Source: a virus
Taxonomy: Duplodnaviria > Caudoviricetes
Reading direction: 5' to 3' (one strand)
Virus record (IMG/VR): IMGVR_UViG_3300013426_000016
Span: 64,001 to 128,000 of that record
Length of the DNA stretch: 64,000 nucleotides
Positions 1 to 10,802 of this stretch are shown in pieces (the first letter of the stretch is position 1; every line of letters starts with the position of its first letter). The notes below the pieces were generated by a model. That model had not been told where the DNA came from. It searched no databases and saw only the letters and a list, made by a program, of their open reading frames with translations. The position numbers were made by a program, and so were the translations under genes.

Positions 1-1
1 A

Positions 2-3000
2 AAGGAACAATGATTTAATGAAGATGGAGATTTAGTAACGATTCTAGTACAAGAAGATATTAATAGTGCTTTAAATGCTTTGGAATCTCCTTATCACATA
101 GAAGATATACAAGATGCTGTAGAGAATGCTTTGATGGCAAATCGCTGTTTTAGTGTTGCTAAAAAGTATATTTTGTATAGAGAGAAACATGCACAAATAA
201 GAAAAGAGGTTGAGAAAAATTTACAATTTATAAATAAATTTATTTCTTCAGATAACACTGCAAATGCTACTATAGACGATAATTCTAATGTTAGTAATCA
301 TAATATTGCTGTTTTAAATGCTGAAATACATAAAGAAAATAATCAAAATACAAATTATAGACTTTTAGAGGATACTATAAAACAACTATATCCAGATTTT
401 GATTACAAACAATTTATAAAAGATTGTAATTCAATTTGTTATGTACATGATTCAAGTTCTCAAATTGGAATGCCTTATTGTGTCGCTATTACTATGTATC
501 CTTTTCTTACAGAGGGTATTAAAAAACTTGGAGGACTTTCCGCAAAACCAGAATCCCTAGAAAGTTTTTGTGGAATATTTATAAATATGGTTTTTGCTAT
601 AGCGTCTCAATATAAAGGTGCTGTTGCAACGCCGGGTTTTCTTTTATGTATGGATTGGTTTTGTAGGCAAGAATGGGGAGATGATTATATTTATCATTTA
701 GATAAAGTTGTTTCTTTAGGAAAGAAAAATCGTACTATTGAGTCTCAAATTGTTCAATATTTTCAACAAATAACATTCAGTATCAACCAACCCGCATCGG
801 CACGCGGAGGGCAATCAGTTTTCTGGAATTGTTCGATCTTTGATAAAGAATTTTATAATACAATGTATGGAGATTTCTTTTTTCCAGATGGAACTGCTCC
901 AGTTTGGGAAACCTTTAATTGGTTGCAAAAAAAGTATTTGCATTGGCTCAACCAAGAGCGTTTAAAAACTCTTTTAACATTTCCAGTAGTTTCTGTAGCT
1001 TTAATTTATAGGAATAATCAATTTGTAGACCAAGAGTTATTTGAATATGCCTGTCAAGAGTATTCTGAAGGAAATTCATTCTTTACATATATAAATGATT
1101 CTCCGGAAAGCTTAAGTTCATGCTGCTTTTCAAAAGACCAAAAGATTTTATGGAAATCTTCAACATCTGGAGTTCATTTAACTACCTTCGAAGAATTTAA
1201 AAATCTTCCATATAGTGGAAATAAAGAAAATTTTAAAATATTTCATAATGGAAGTTGGGTAAAAGGAAAATTTGTAGAACTTCCAAATAGAAAAATGTAT
1301 GAAGTTACTACATTTAATAATAAGAAAATTGTTGTAACAGATAATCATCTTAATCCAACTCTAAGAGGTGATATTCCAACTTCTGAATTAACGATAAATG
1401 ATTATTTACTTTTTAATCAACAGCCTACAAATGCAATTTCTGAAAACGATGAACACTTAACATACGAACAGGGGTTTGTAATTGGAACGTTTTTAGGAGA
1501 TGGAAATTTTGGTTCTGAGCAAAATGGAGTAATTTATGATATTAATCTCTCTTTAAATTTGGAAAAGCATAAAAAATGCATGGAAATGTTGGATATTGCA
1601 AACCAACAAGTGGGTGGGCAAAATAAGCCATATCTTGCTTCTATATATAATAATGTTTATCCAGTTAGACTTTCTTCTAAAGAATTAGTAGCATTTATTA
1701 CAAAATGGACTAATTGGAAAAGAGGGACTTATGCTTTTAATAAAGAACTAAATCTTAATTGTTTGTTACAATCTCTTGATTTTAGAAAAGGTATTTTAGA
1801 TGGGTGGTACGCTACGGATGGAGGAAATTCAAATCGTTGTTATACAACTTCTCCAAAACTTGCAGAATGTATGGAGGTATTAATTACTTCTCTTGGACTT
1901 AATTCAATTATTGATATTTCAGATCGTACTGACGAAGCGGTTATTATTAGAGGGGAAGTGTATAAACGAAATTATCCTTTATATTGTGTTCGTTGGTACG
2001 AACCTGCAAATCATCGCAAAAATAAGGATACTGAGAATTCTTGGATTAAAAAGAATAATTCTATTTACTTTAAAATCAAGGATATACATGAAATAGAATA
2101 TTCTGAAAATGTATATTGTTTTGAATGCAGTGAACAAGAGCCTTATTTTACTCTTCCGAATGGTATAATTACTCATAACTGTCGTCTTTCTTCTAAAATT
2201 TCAAAACCACAATTTAATTTTACAAATGGACAAATAGGGGAAATGACTGGTAGTCAGAACGTTATAACACTCAACTTAAATAGAATCGTTCAAGATTGGT
2301 ATAATACATTAGATACTGAAATCGCATTTAAAGAGAAGAGAGGGAAACCTTCTCCACATTTTATTGGAAGTCTCTTAATTACTGACAGAGAGTATCAAGA
2401 AAATTTACAAACTTATCTGATTGAAATTCTAGAAAGAATTTATAAATACCAAACAGCATATAATACATGTCTTAAACGCCTTTTGGAAGCAGGTCTATTA
2501 ACTACTTATACAGCAGGATTTATCGATCTTAAAAAACAATATTTAACTATAGGTATTAATGGATTAAATCAAGGTGCGGAATTTCTTGGATATCAATGCA
2601 ATAAAAATGAAGCTTATAAAAGATTTTGTAATTTAATTTTTGGAACTATTAAAGAACAAAATCAACTCCATAAATCTAAGTCATTGATGTTCAATACAGA
2701 ATTTACACCGTAAATGAACGTGCGGTGTATAAACCTTTCTTAATTGACTCGAAACTCCCTAGTGGACAACGAGGCGCAAGCAGGAGAATTCCGTGCAGCG
2801 TGAGAGACTAAATAGAAAGGACGTAGAAATACGTATGTAATAGTCCGAACTCTATGGTAACATAGAGAGTTAATTAGAAATAATTAACCGTCTAATATAT
2901 AAAACATTAAAATTTATTTTGATTTTTCCTGGAGAATCGTTATATTTGTATATAAATAAATTTATATAAATATGATCGATGTTTCAAAATTAAATGGATT

Positions 3001-5452
3001 AAAATTAATTAAAAGTACGAGAATGGAAATGCCTAAGAACGCAACGTGTTGTGTTTGCGGTGCAACTAGACAAGAAGGAAGATTTCGAAGATTTAATGAA
3101 TATTGTATGTGTGAAAAGCATTTTATGCAAATGATTAATTATGAGAAGATTACCGATCCATCAAAACGTGTCCATAAAAAATCTAAAGAAGAATTAACTT
3201 GTTGTATTTGTGATAACCCTAAAATGGGATGTATTGATGGTAAACCTTATTGTAGAAGGCACTATATTCAAATGAGTAGGAAAGGAGAAGTTAGCGAAAC
3301 CATTTATTCTCCAAATGAGTGAATAGATTGTGGAGATTATTATGAATGCATTTTAAAAGATAAAAATGCAAAGGAAATTGCTCGTACTAAGATTGATAAA
3401 GAAGATAAAGGAAAATTTAAAAATTATAAATTGTATGCAAGGCATCAAAAAGATAAGATGTATGCCCACATTTCAGTACTAGGAACTGGACGTAAAATTG
3501 CCGTGCATAGATTTTTAATGGGACTTGGAGATGCTAAATATACAATAGATCAAGTTGTAGATCATATAAACGGAGATTCCCTAGATAATCGAAAATCTAA
3601 CCTCCGTATATGTACACAACATCAAAATGCACAAAATTTAAGGAAGAAAGGAAAAGTTGTAGGAGTTAAATTTATTAAAAAATATAACGGTAGTAACTTT
3701 TCTAAATTTTCAGCTGTTATTATGCATAATTATAAATCTATTCATTTAGGATATTTCAATACCAAGGCAGAGGCCGTATTAGCACGAATTTCATATGAAA
3801 GAAAGATTTGTGGAGAATATGGTCCGAATAGAGATTTGTTTTATATATTAGATCAGCTCTCTCCTTTGAAGGAACTTAAAAAAATGTTCCCCGAGAGCGT
3901 GTAACAGAATGGCGAATCAGCTTCGATTAAGCTTTATAATCGAGATAAAAAAGATGGATATTGGATTCCAGAAGATACAAATCTTTATGCGAGCTATATC
4001 TATAAACCAAATGACCAAAATATTTCTATTTTGGATAAAATTTATCTTCATGGTAAAGACTTTTGTGGAGATAATTTGGATGGTGGTTCTGCTGCTCATC
4101 TAAACCTCGATTCCCACTTGACAAAAGAACAGTATAAAAAGCTTTTAACTTACGCAGGAGATGTTGGATGTAAATATTTAACATTTAATGTGCCTAATTC
4201 AGAATGTCAAGACTGTGGTTTTATAACGAAAATTCCAATTACAAAATGTCCACATTGTGGTAGTACCAAAATTGACTACTACGATAGAGTGATCGGGTAA
4301 AATGTTAATTGCCCCCATTGTAGGTGACTACAATGGAAAACGCCGAATTTGCTGGAAACCCCTAAGAGCCCATTTGCCTATATGGAGAGAAATCAGAAAC
4401 AAGTAATGGGATGGTTCATGATGTAAGTCTAAAAACAGATATAATGGGAAATCAGCAGACACTATTAAAAATAGGACTAAAATATTTGTGTATTCGCACA
4501 AAATTTTATATATTTATATAGGGTTTCAACGACTACCAAGGCGCACCATAAGTGGTGAAGGTATAGTCTATTCCTATGTTTTATTTTTAATATGTTAATG
4601 TATGAAAGAAATTAAAAAATGTGATGTATGTGGAGTTTTATCTACATATAAAAGAATTAAGTATGTAACTGAAGCTAATAAGGGTTTGTGTGATAAACAC
4701 CGTATGCAATTTTCGAATCATGGTAAATTTTTTGACACCAATTCACGTGGAGTATTCGATTTAAATGAAGTGCGTGTTTTTGAAGATTATGCAGAAATAG
4801 ACACATATGATCAGTATGGTAATATAGTTACTACTTTTAAAATAGATTTAGATAATATTGATTTAGCAAAATCCAGAAAATGAAGAACAGTTTTTAAAAG
4901 AGACAAGCCTTATTTATTTTCAGGAAACCAACATAAGGAACGAGTTTATTTCCATCGATTAATTGTTGATTGTGGAGATATGCAAGTTGATCATATTTCA
5001 GGAGACACCTCCGATAATAGAAAATCAAACCTACGACTTGTTACAATCCAAAATAATATGAAAAATTTACAAAAGAAATGTAATAATAAATCTGGAATAC
5101 GAGGGGTTTCTTTTGACACAAAAAGACAAGTTTGAAAAGTTGATTTCTCATATGAAAAGAAGCGAATTTATCCGCATTCATTTCATAAAAAGGAAGAGGC
5201 AGTCTACTGTAGATATTTACTTGAAAAAACCTTATTAAAAGAATATAGAAACACTTCTAATGATTCTGAATATGAAAAATATATAAAAATGTTATCCGAA
5301 TCTCAAAAACACGACATACAAGAACATGTTAAAGATAAAATAGCGAAAGCTAAGGTATAAAAGATTTAACTAAAATAAAAAATTGGAGTGCTGGAAGACA
5401 ACAAGAGCAAAAAACCAGAGTTTACTCACATATAACAGAAGAAATTAAATAA
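2..5452 (+). CDS. nrdD: Anaerobic (class III) ribonucleotide reductase, 5'-partial; exons <2-2711, 3912-4298, 5364-5452; contains an intein
   Basis: Splicing gives ...NTEFTP-C-ESASIKLY...CQDCG...CPHCGS...DRVIG-Y-LTKIKNWSAGRQ..., i.e. Zn ribbon plus glycyl-radical motif RVIGY; SSC/CRL active-site loop restored after intein removal. Frame stays open to the window start through one TGA at 11-13. Confidence 0.95.
1124..2179 (+). mobile_element. Intein (352 aa) with LAGLIDADG homing endonuclease in NrdD
   Basis: Begins CFSKDQKILW, ends ITHN followed by Cys+1; LAGLIDADG-like blocks GFVIGTFLGDG and GILDGWYATDGG; removal restores SLSSC-CRL. Confidence 0.93.
2918..2948 (+). promoter_or_regulatory. 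Bacteroidota-type sigma promoter inside intron 1
   Basis: TTTG (2918-2921), 19 nt spacer, TATATTTG (2941-2948) matches -33 TTTG / -7 TAnnTTTG; 23 nt upstream of the HNH ATG. Confidence 0.7.
2972..3904 (+). CDS. Intron-encoded HNH homing endonuclease, 310 aa (two CxxC..CxxH fingers, HNH, AP2-like tail)
   Basis: ORFs 2972-3322 and 3431-3904 are in one frame across TGA 3320-3322; VDHINGDSLDNRKSNLR and IHLGYFNTKAEA motifs. Confidence 0.9.
4299..5363 (+). mobile_element. Group I intron 2 of nrdD (1065 nt), HNH-encoding
   Basis: Exon GGGT / intron GCCC P1; TTGCTGGAAA, AATCAGCAG, TTCAACGACTA and TATAGTCT core elements; terminal G; T|AT restores the Tyr of RVIGY. Confidence 0.92.
4602..5360 (+). 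CDS. Intron-encoded HNH-AP2 homing endonuclease, 252 aa
   Basis: Reads through TGA 4881 and 5133 to TAA 5358-5360; VDHISGDTSDNRKSNLR; GIRGVSFDTKRQV(W)KV AP2-like motif with TGA at the conserved Trp. Confidence 0.9.
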
Positions 5453-5739
5453 TGCCAAAAATAAAGAAATATTATGTACTAAGAGCAAGATACGCTTTAA
5501 AAGAAGGAAAACGATTGCCTAAGACAACTTGGGGTTATGATTATAACTGGTTTTTACCAGCTATATGTTTGGCCTTTAAATGGATAATAAATAGGCTTAT
5601 TTTCCATACAGACGATGTTATTATATTTACAAAAAGAAAGTCTTTTACTCCTGGATATATGTGAACAGTTGGAGGTAGTATAATAGACTCAAAAACAGGA
5701 GAAAGACATAAATTTGAATTTTTAAAAAAGAAAGATTAA
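5452..5739 (+). CDS. Hypothetical protein, 95 aa
   Basis: TAATG coupling with the nrdD stop; reads through TGA 5662-5664 to a TAA just before the next gene. Confidence 0.7.
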
Positions 5740-5743
5740 TCTT

Positions 5744-6139
5744 ATGGGACTAGATAATGGAATTAGGATAAAGGGTATGTCTGAAGAAGATTATGATAAA
5801 ATGCCCTATAAAGAGAGTGTACAGTTTTATACAGAATCCAATTGTATAGAACCAGTATACTGGAGAAAATGCTGGGGACTTCGAGAAGTAATACTCGATG
5901 TTCTCCATATGAAAAATGATGAGTATAAGAAAGAAATAGACCCAGAGGATATTCCAGCAATTATAAGAAAATTGAAACCTTTCCTTTCTCGTGATTACTG
6001 GGATGAATATGCAGACTCTATTTGGGAATATGATGAATACTTCGATGTTGTTTATAAACAACTAGTATTTCTCGAATGGTTTAAAGTATATTATAAAGAC
6101 CATCCTAATCTAGAAGTTTATTTTTACGATAGTTATTAA
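5744..6139 (+). CDS. Hypothetical phage protein, 131 aa
   Basis: Tightly packed ORF, ATG to TAA. Confidence 0.8.
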   Translation: MGLDNGIRIKGMSEEDYDKMPYKESVQFYTESNCIEPVYWRKCWGLREVILDVLHMKNDEYKKEIDPEDIPAIIRKLKPFLSRDYWDEYADSIWEYDEYFDVVYKQLVFLEWFKVYYKDHPNLEVYFYDSY

Positions 6140-6140
6140 T

Positions 6141-6341
6141 ATGAATATTGTAGTATTGAATTATGCTACTGGTGATGTAGATTATATTTCTAATTTACCA
6201 GAAGGTTTGCAAGTAGAAGCTATTGATAGTATCTTAGAATTAATGTATCATTACAGTGAAATTTCTTGGATGACTGTAGATAACTTTAAAGTAAATAACT
6301 ATACATATAACCAAAAAACTGGAGAATTTGAACATGTTTAA
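6141..6341 (+). CDS. Hypothetical protein, 66 aa
   Basis: Packed between neighbours in the operon. Confidence 0.7.
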   Translation: MNIVVLNYATGDVDYISNLPEGLQVEAIDSILELMYHYSEISWMTVDNFKVNNYTYNQKTGEFEHV

Positions 6342-6717
6342 AAAGTATATAAGAGTTGGTAATATCGAAGCGAGGAATCCTACTTATTTAGATGATAGAG
6401 AAACTAAAGATATTGATATAGTATGCTGGGAACCAAATTCTTATTATGGTAAAGAAGATGAGTACCTTTGGGATGAGGATGGTATAGCACATCCTAGAAA
6501 TAGACCTTATATTTATATTTACCCAAGCTGTTTTAAAAATCCAGAGACTTGCTATACAGTAGCTACTTTTATATATAATGAAAAGGAACCTTGTTATAAT
6601 TTGACTTATACGGGATTTAGACCATTTGAGCTTTCAGAAAAAGATGCACAAGACTTTTCATATATACTAAAATACTTGTATAAAGTACTTAAATACGAAT
6701 TAAAAGAGGATGATTAA
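6328..6717 (+). CDS. Hypothetical protein, about 129 aa
   Basis: Overlaps both neighbours in operon fashion. Confidence 0.75.
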   Translation: MNMFKKYIRVGNIEARNPTYLDDRETKDIDIVCWEPNSYYGKEDEYLWDEDGIAHPRNRPYIYIYPSCFKNPETCYTVATFIYNEKEPCYNLTYTGFRPFELSEKDAQDFSYILKYLYKVLKYELKEDD

Positions 6718-7198
6718 ATATGTAGATACAATGGTTACTTTTAGAGAGATCCCAGATGAGATTTCTCTTTGTATAAGTATTTCTGGATGTCCAGGCCATT
6801 GTAAAAATTGTCACTCACCATATTTAGCACAAGATATAGGAGAGATTCTTAACAAAGAGTCTCTCCTTTCTCTTATAAAGCAGAATGCAGGAATTACTTG
6901 TGTTGTCTTTATGGGAGGAGATCAGGCTCCTAATAGTATTTCTTGACTTGCTAAATGTGTAAAAGAAGATTACCCAGATTTAAAAGTGGGTTGGTATTCT
7001 GGAAAAGAAAATCTTTCTTCAGAAATAGATTTAAATTATTTTGATTATATAAAAATAGGACCATATAAAGAAGAGTTGGGAGGTCTTGATAAACCTACTA
7101 CTAATCAGCGTTTATATGCCTATAATCCCGCTTATTCAGATTTTACAATAGATAAAAGTTGGAAAGATATAACTTATAAATTTTGAAAAAATGATTAA
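6710..7198 (+). CDS. nrdG: Anaerobic RNR activating radical-SAM protein, 162 aa
   Basis: EIPDEISL, CPGHCKNCHS (CxxxCxxC), FMGGD, DYIKIGPY, TTNQRLY; reads through TGA 6944 and 7184 (DITYKF-W-K) to TAA 7196-7198. Confidence 0.93.
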
Positions 7199-7397
7199 TA
7201 TATTTATAAAGAAAGGTTGGAAACTTAACCCTAATGAAAAGATAGTAAACTCTATCATTACAAGATGTGAAGCAAATAATGGAGAATGCCCTTGCCATAA
7301 TCCCGGTTTTTCTAGAGAAGACAGGCTTTGCCCTTGTAAGGAGTATAGAGAAAACGATATTTGTCATTGCACACTTTATATAAAAGATGAGAAATAG
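7191..7397 (+). CDS. Ferredoxin:thioredoxin reductase catalytic-subunit-like Fe-S protein, 68 aa
   Basis: GWKLNPN...CPC...CPC...CHC, the FTR catalytic chain cysteine pattern. Confidence 0.8.
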   Translation: MINIFIKKGWKLNPNEKIVNSIITRCEANNGECPCHNPGFSREDRLCPCKEYRENDICHCTLYIKDEK

Positions 7398-7752
7398 TGA
7401 ATTACAAAAACTTCTTAGCCAGTATCCAGGTGATTATGATGTCTGCTTGGACTCGGCTTATCCTTGGGATACGCAAATAAAACTTGTAGATCCATACTTT
7501 TTTATTGATAATGATAATGGCCAAATTGAGTTGTCAGTCTCAGAAAAAGATGAGGTTTCTTTTTGGCATCTAATAAAGGATACTCCAGAAGAAAATAGAA
7601 TGTGTTTGTGTAAGAAAAATCTTATATCACCTGTAACAGTAGGTATATACACAACTCCTAAGAAAGTATGGCTTGAGTATACAACTCTAAAAGAAATACC
7701 ATATGAAGAATTTAAATATTGGGCATATTTGCCTGCTATTGACTGTATATAA
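7387..7752 (+). CDS. Hypothetical protein, 121 aa
   Basis: Operon-packed ORF. Confidence 0.75.
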   Translation: MRNSELQKLLSQYPGDYDVCLDSAYPWDTQIKLVDPYFFIDNDNGQIELSVSEKDEVSFWHLIKDTPEENRMCLCKKNLISPVTVGIYTTPKKVWLEYTTLKEIPYEEFKYWAYLPAIDCI

Positions 7753-7800
7753 ATTACAGTTATTAAATATTTTACAAAATTTATCTTTAATTATTTTATT

Positions 7801-8277
7801 ATGCGCGTAAAACTTAAGAAACTTAATGATAAGGCAATAATGCCAGATAAGAAGAAACCAGGAGATTTTTGTTATGATGTAGTTGCAACAGAAGAAAAAG
7901 AAGTTGCCCCTAACGTATGGCAATATAAGCTTGGTTTTGCTTATGAATTAGATGATAATGATTTTCGTCTTAAGAACTGGAACAAGACAGCTCCGGGGGA
8001 AAAGATGAATGTATGTATAAGTTTTCGTCCTAGATCCAGCGTTTGGAAGACAGGAATGGTGCTGAGTAATTCAATAGGCACATTAGATGAATTTTATCGC
8101 GGCGAGGTGATGGCTGTATTCTATCATGTAATGCCTAATATGCCACGTTATAAAGTAGGAGACCGTATAGGACAAATCTATCTTAGTACCGCACTCCCTA
8201 TGCAATTTGAATGGGTAGACGAAATTAATATGGATACTGAGCGTGGAGAAGGTGGATTTGGAAGCACTGGAAAATAA
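7801..8277 (+). CDS. dut: Trimeric dUTPase
   Basis: RPRSS, GTLDEFYRGE, GDRIGQ and RGEGGFGSTG motifs. Confidence 0.95.
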   Translation: MRVKLKKLNDKAIMPDKKKPGDFCYDVVATEEKEVAPNVWQYKLGFAYELDDNDFRLKNWNKTAPGEKMNVCISFRPRSSVWKTGMVLSNSIGTLDEFYRGEVMAVFYHVMPNMPRYKVGDRIGQIYLSTALPMQFEWVDEINMDTERGEGGFGSTGK

Positions 8278-8284
8278 AATAAAT

Positions 8285-8644
8285 ATGGAACAAAGAAATC
8301 TTACATTTGAAGAATTTTGTAAACTCCTAAGCGGAGAAGATATTACAAAGAAAGAAAAAGATTATTCTAAAGTAGAAGATTATCTTAATTCTACATACCC
8401 AGATATTCAAACTTCTGATGATCACGGATGTAATCTATCTACATTCTGTAATGGAAATCGAGTATTAAATGCTACTGCGTATATTCCTTTTGAAAGACAA
8501 TTTAATGATGGATATACATATGGAGTAAAAGAAAGACAATTGCTTTGGGTATTAGCTATGCGTTATAGGGACTACCCAAAGAAGTTAAAGCTTGTTAAAG
8601 ATCTTTTATATTTGGAATTAAATGACGAAAAGGGAACTGTTTAG
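8285..8644 (+). CDS. Hypothetical protein, 119 aa
   Basis: ATG at 8285 just after the dut stop, preferred over the overlapping GTG at 8243. Confidence 0.7.
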   Translation: MEQRNLTFEEFCKLLSGEDITKKEKDYSKVEDYLNSTYPDIQTSDDHGCNLSTFCNGNRVLNATAYIPFERQFNDGYTYGVKERQLLWVLAMRYRDYPKKLKLVKDLLYLELNDEKGTV

Positions 8645-8759
8645 AAGTCTTACTAAAGCACAACGAAAGGAGGTTCAGAACCTCCTTAGTAAGGCTTATT
8701 ATGAAGGTTATTTACTAGGAAAAGAAGACTCTAACGTAGTAAATAAACTTAAATATTAA
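8622..8759 (+). CDS. Small hypothetical protein, 45 aa (MTKRELFRSL...)
   Basis: Fills the gap between neighbours; below the ORF-track cutoff. Confidence 0.55.
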   Translation: MTKRELFRSLTKAQRKEVQNLLSKAYYEGYLLGKEDSNVVNKLKY

Positions 8760-8784
8760 TTTTAGCAGAAAAAGATATGAGGCG

Positions 8785-9042
8785 ATGACGAAAGAAGAAT
8801 TTAAAAATTATATAATTAGATATGTAAATACAGAAAAAACTATACAAGAACTAAAAAATAAATATGGTGTAGATTTAACAAATTCTAAATTTTCTAATTT
8901 TTATAATGAGTATAATTACTTGCTACACAAATTATTATCTTCTTTATTTGGGGAAACGAAAGCTTTTTTAATAGAGGATTATTGTTTTGAACAAACGGAT
9001 CTTTCTTTTTCTGAATTATGTAAATTATTAAATATAGAATAA
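8785..9042 (+). CDS. Hypothetical protein, 85 aa
   Basis: Operon-packed ORF. Confidence 0.75.
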   Translation: MTKEEFKNYIIRYVNTEKTIQELKNKYGVDLTNSKFSNFYNEYNYLLHKLLSSLFGETKAFLIEDYCFEQTDLSFSELCKLLNIE

Positions 9043-9043
9043 T

Positions 9044-9289
9044 ATGGAAATAAAACTGACTAACGGCTGTATTTGCGATAATATTAAAATCGATAATAGA
9101 GATGCAGATGAATATAGTTGTGAAGAACTACAAAAAGTTGTATGTCGTTGTATAAATACATTACAAGACCCCAGAGATTTAATAGATATACTAAGAACCT
9201 TTTTGTATAGTAATGGAAGCTATAAAGACTTGTATACCTGCGAAGAATGCGGAGATACTGTTAGCCAATATACATATAAATTAAACTAA
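9044..9289 (+). CDS. Hypothetical protein with CxC and CxxC, 81 aa
   Basis: Operon-packed; GCIC and CEECGD suggest metal binding. Confidence 0.75.
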   Translation: MEIKLTNGCICDNIKIDNRDADEYSCEELQKVVCRCINTLQDPRDLIDILRTFLYSNGSYKDLYTCEECGDTVSQYTYKLN

Positions 9290-9295
9290 ATAATT

Positions 9296-10678
9296 ATGAA
9301 AATCTCTAAATCTAAAACATTTAAAGATGAGTACTGCGCGACTATAGTACAAATAGGAAATATAGAATCTATAGAAGGAAAGGATAGAATAGTTAAAACT
9401 ATAGTAAATGGTCTTTCTATAGTAATAGGAAAAGCAGATTTCAAAACAGGGGACTATGCTGTTTATTGTGCTAATGAAACTGTAATTAATCCTACTTATC
9501 TTAAGCAGAACTCTATGTATGATATTCCTTCTTTAAATGCAGATACTACTAAAAGAGGATATATAAATAAGGCTGGGAGACTCCGACTTATAAAACTTGG
9601 TGGTGTACCTTCTTATGGAATGCTTTTACCTGTAACAAGTATAGCAAGGTTTGTTAATGAATCTATAGAAGATGTTACTGATTTTCTTGCTTCTCATGTA
9701 GGAGAGGACTTCGATGAGATAAATAAGGAGAGATTTATACAAGTTTATGTTCCTCCTGTAAAAGAAGTACTAGTAAGAACATCTAAAGGAAAGAAGGCAG
9801 AAAAGAAACTTAAGCGGTTTAAAACTATTATCGATAATACATTTGCATTCCATTATGATACAGAAGGTCTGCAAAAGCACATGACGGATATAAAGCCGGA
9901 TGATGAAGTTTATATCTCGGTTAAGATACATGGTTCAAGTTTTATCGCTGCTAATATTCTCACGAATCTTCCAACCCCTTGGTATAAAAGACTCTGGAGA
10001 AAATATATACAACATCTCTCTCCTTATATGCAGGATTATGATCTTGTATATGCTTCAAGACACGTTATTAAAAATGAATATATAAATCCAAAACAAAAAC
10101 CAGGAGGATATTATTCTGATGATATTTGGGGATATTGGGCACAAAAAATCAAAGGTCTTATACCTAAAGATTATGAAGTATATGGAGAAATAGTTGGCTA
10201 TGGCCCTACAGGAATTCCTATTCAAACAGATTATGATTATGGGTGTCTTCCAAATACAGAAAATCCTTGTAAATTAATGATATATAGAATTACACATAAG
10301 GGTAAAGAACTAGATATTCCGGAAGTTATCAGATTTGGAAATCAGTTAAAGGAACAACTTGGAGATTGTATTATGGAGTTCCCTCTTATGTATGTAGGAA
10401 CACTTAAAGCATTGTATCCAGAAGTTCCTGTAGATAATCATTGGCATGAAAATGTTCTCGAAAAATTGAAAGTAGAAAAAAGATTTCTTATGGAAGAGAA
10501 TGAACCTTTGTGTAATAATAAAGTACCAAGAGAAGGATTTGTATTAAGAAAAGCTAATGACTCTATTGCAGAAGCTTGGAAACTAAAATGCTTTAATTTC
10601 TTGAGTAAAGAAAGTAAACGTATGGATAAAGGTGAAGTGGATTCAGAAATGTTAGAAGGTTATGAAAGTGATATTTAA
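9296..10678 (+). CDS. ATP-dependent RNA ligase (Rnl2/DRB0094-like) with N-terminal OB-like domain
   Basis: Nucleotidyltransferase motifs KIHGSS, YGEIVG, EGFVLR, WKLK. Confidence 0.85.
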   Translation: MKISKSKTFKDEYCATIVQIGNIESIEGKDRIVKTIVNGLSIVIGKADFKTGDYAVYCANETVINPTYLKQNSMYDIPSLNADTTKRGYINKAGRLRLIKLGGVPSYGMLLPVTSIARFVNESIEDVTDFLASHVGEDFDEINKERFIQVYVPPVKEVLVRTSKGKKAEKKLKRFKTIIDNTFAFHYDTEGLQKHMTDIKPDDEVYISVKIHGSSFIAANILTNLPTPWYKRLWRKYIQHLSPYMQDYDLVYASRHVIKNEYINPKQKPGGYYSDDIWGYWAQKIKGLIPKDYEVYGEIVGYGPTGIPIQTDYDYGCLPNTENPCKLMIYRITHKGKELDIPEVIRFGNQLKEQLGDCIMEFPLMYVGTLKALYPEVPVDNHWHENVLEKLKVEKRFLMEENEPLCNNKVPREGFVLRKANDSIAEAWKLKCFNFLSKESKRMDKGEVDSEMLEGYESDI

Positions 10679-10802
10679 GGAAGAATATAAGGCTAAGCCT
10701 GTTACTAGAACATGTACAAATATGTCTAAGGAAGAAATTATTAAAATTTATGATTTAGATAACCCAGATATAGAGTGGTATAAATTTGTTGAGGATGAAT
10801 AA
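10662..10802 (+). CDS. Small hypothetical protein, 46 aa
   Basis: Fills the gap and overlaps both neighbours. Confidence 0.6.
   Translation: MKVIFKEEYKAKPVTRTCTNMSKEEIIKIYDLDNPDIEWYKFVEDE

Larger units (their letters stand above)
2712..3911 (+). mobile_element. Group I intron 1 of nrdD (1200 nt), HNH-encoding
   Basis: Exon ACACCGT pairs with intron GCGGTGT (P1 with U.G at splice site); P7 GACTA/TAGTC near 2805/2840; ends in G; splicing restores the frame. Confidence 0.9.

Noticed and set aside
3909-4103. 64-aa ORF after the HNH gene
   Set aside because: Out-of-frame overlap of nrdD exon 2.
6944-7186. Selenocysteine at TGA in redox proteins
   Set aside because: TGAs fall at Trp-type positions, not at catalytic Cys, and occur in all gene classes.
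7753-7800. Promoter upstream of dut
   Set aside because: Only a mismatched TATCTTTA in AT-rich DNA with no clear -33 element.
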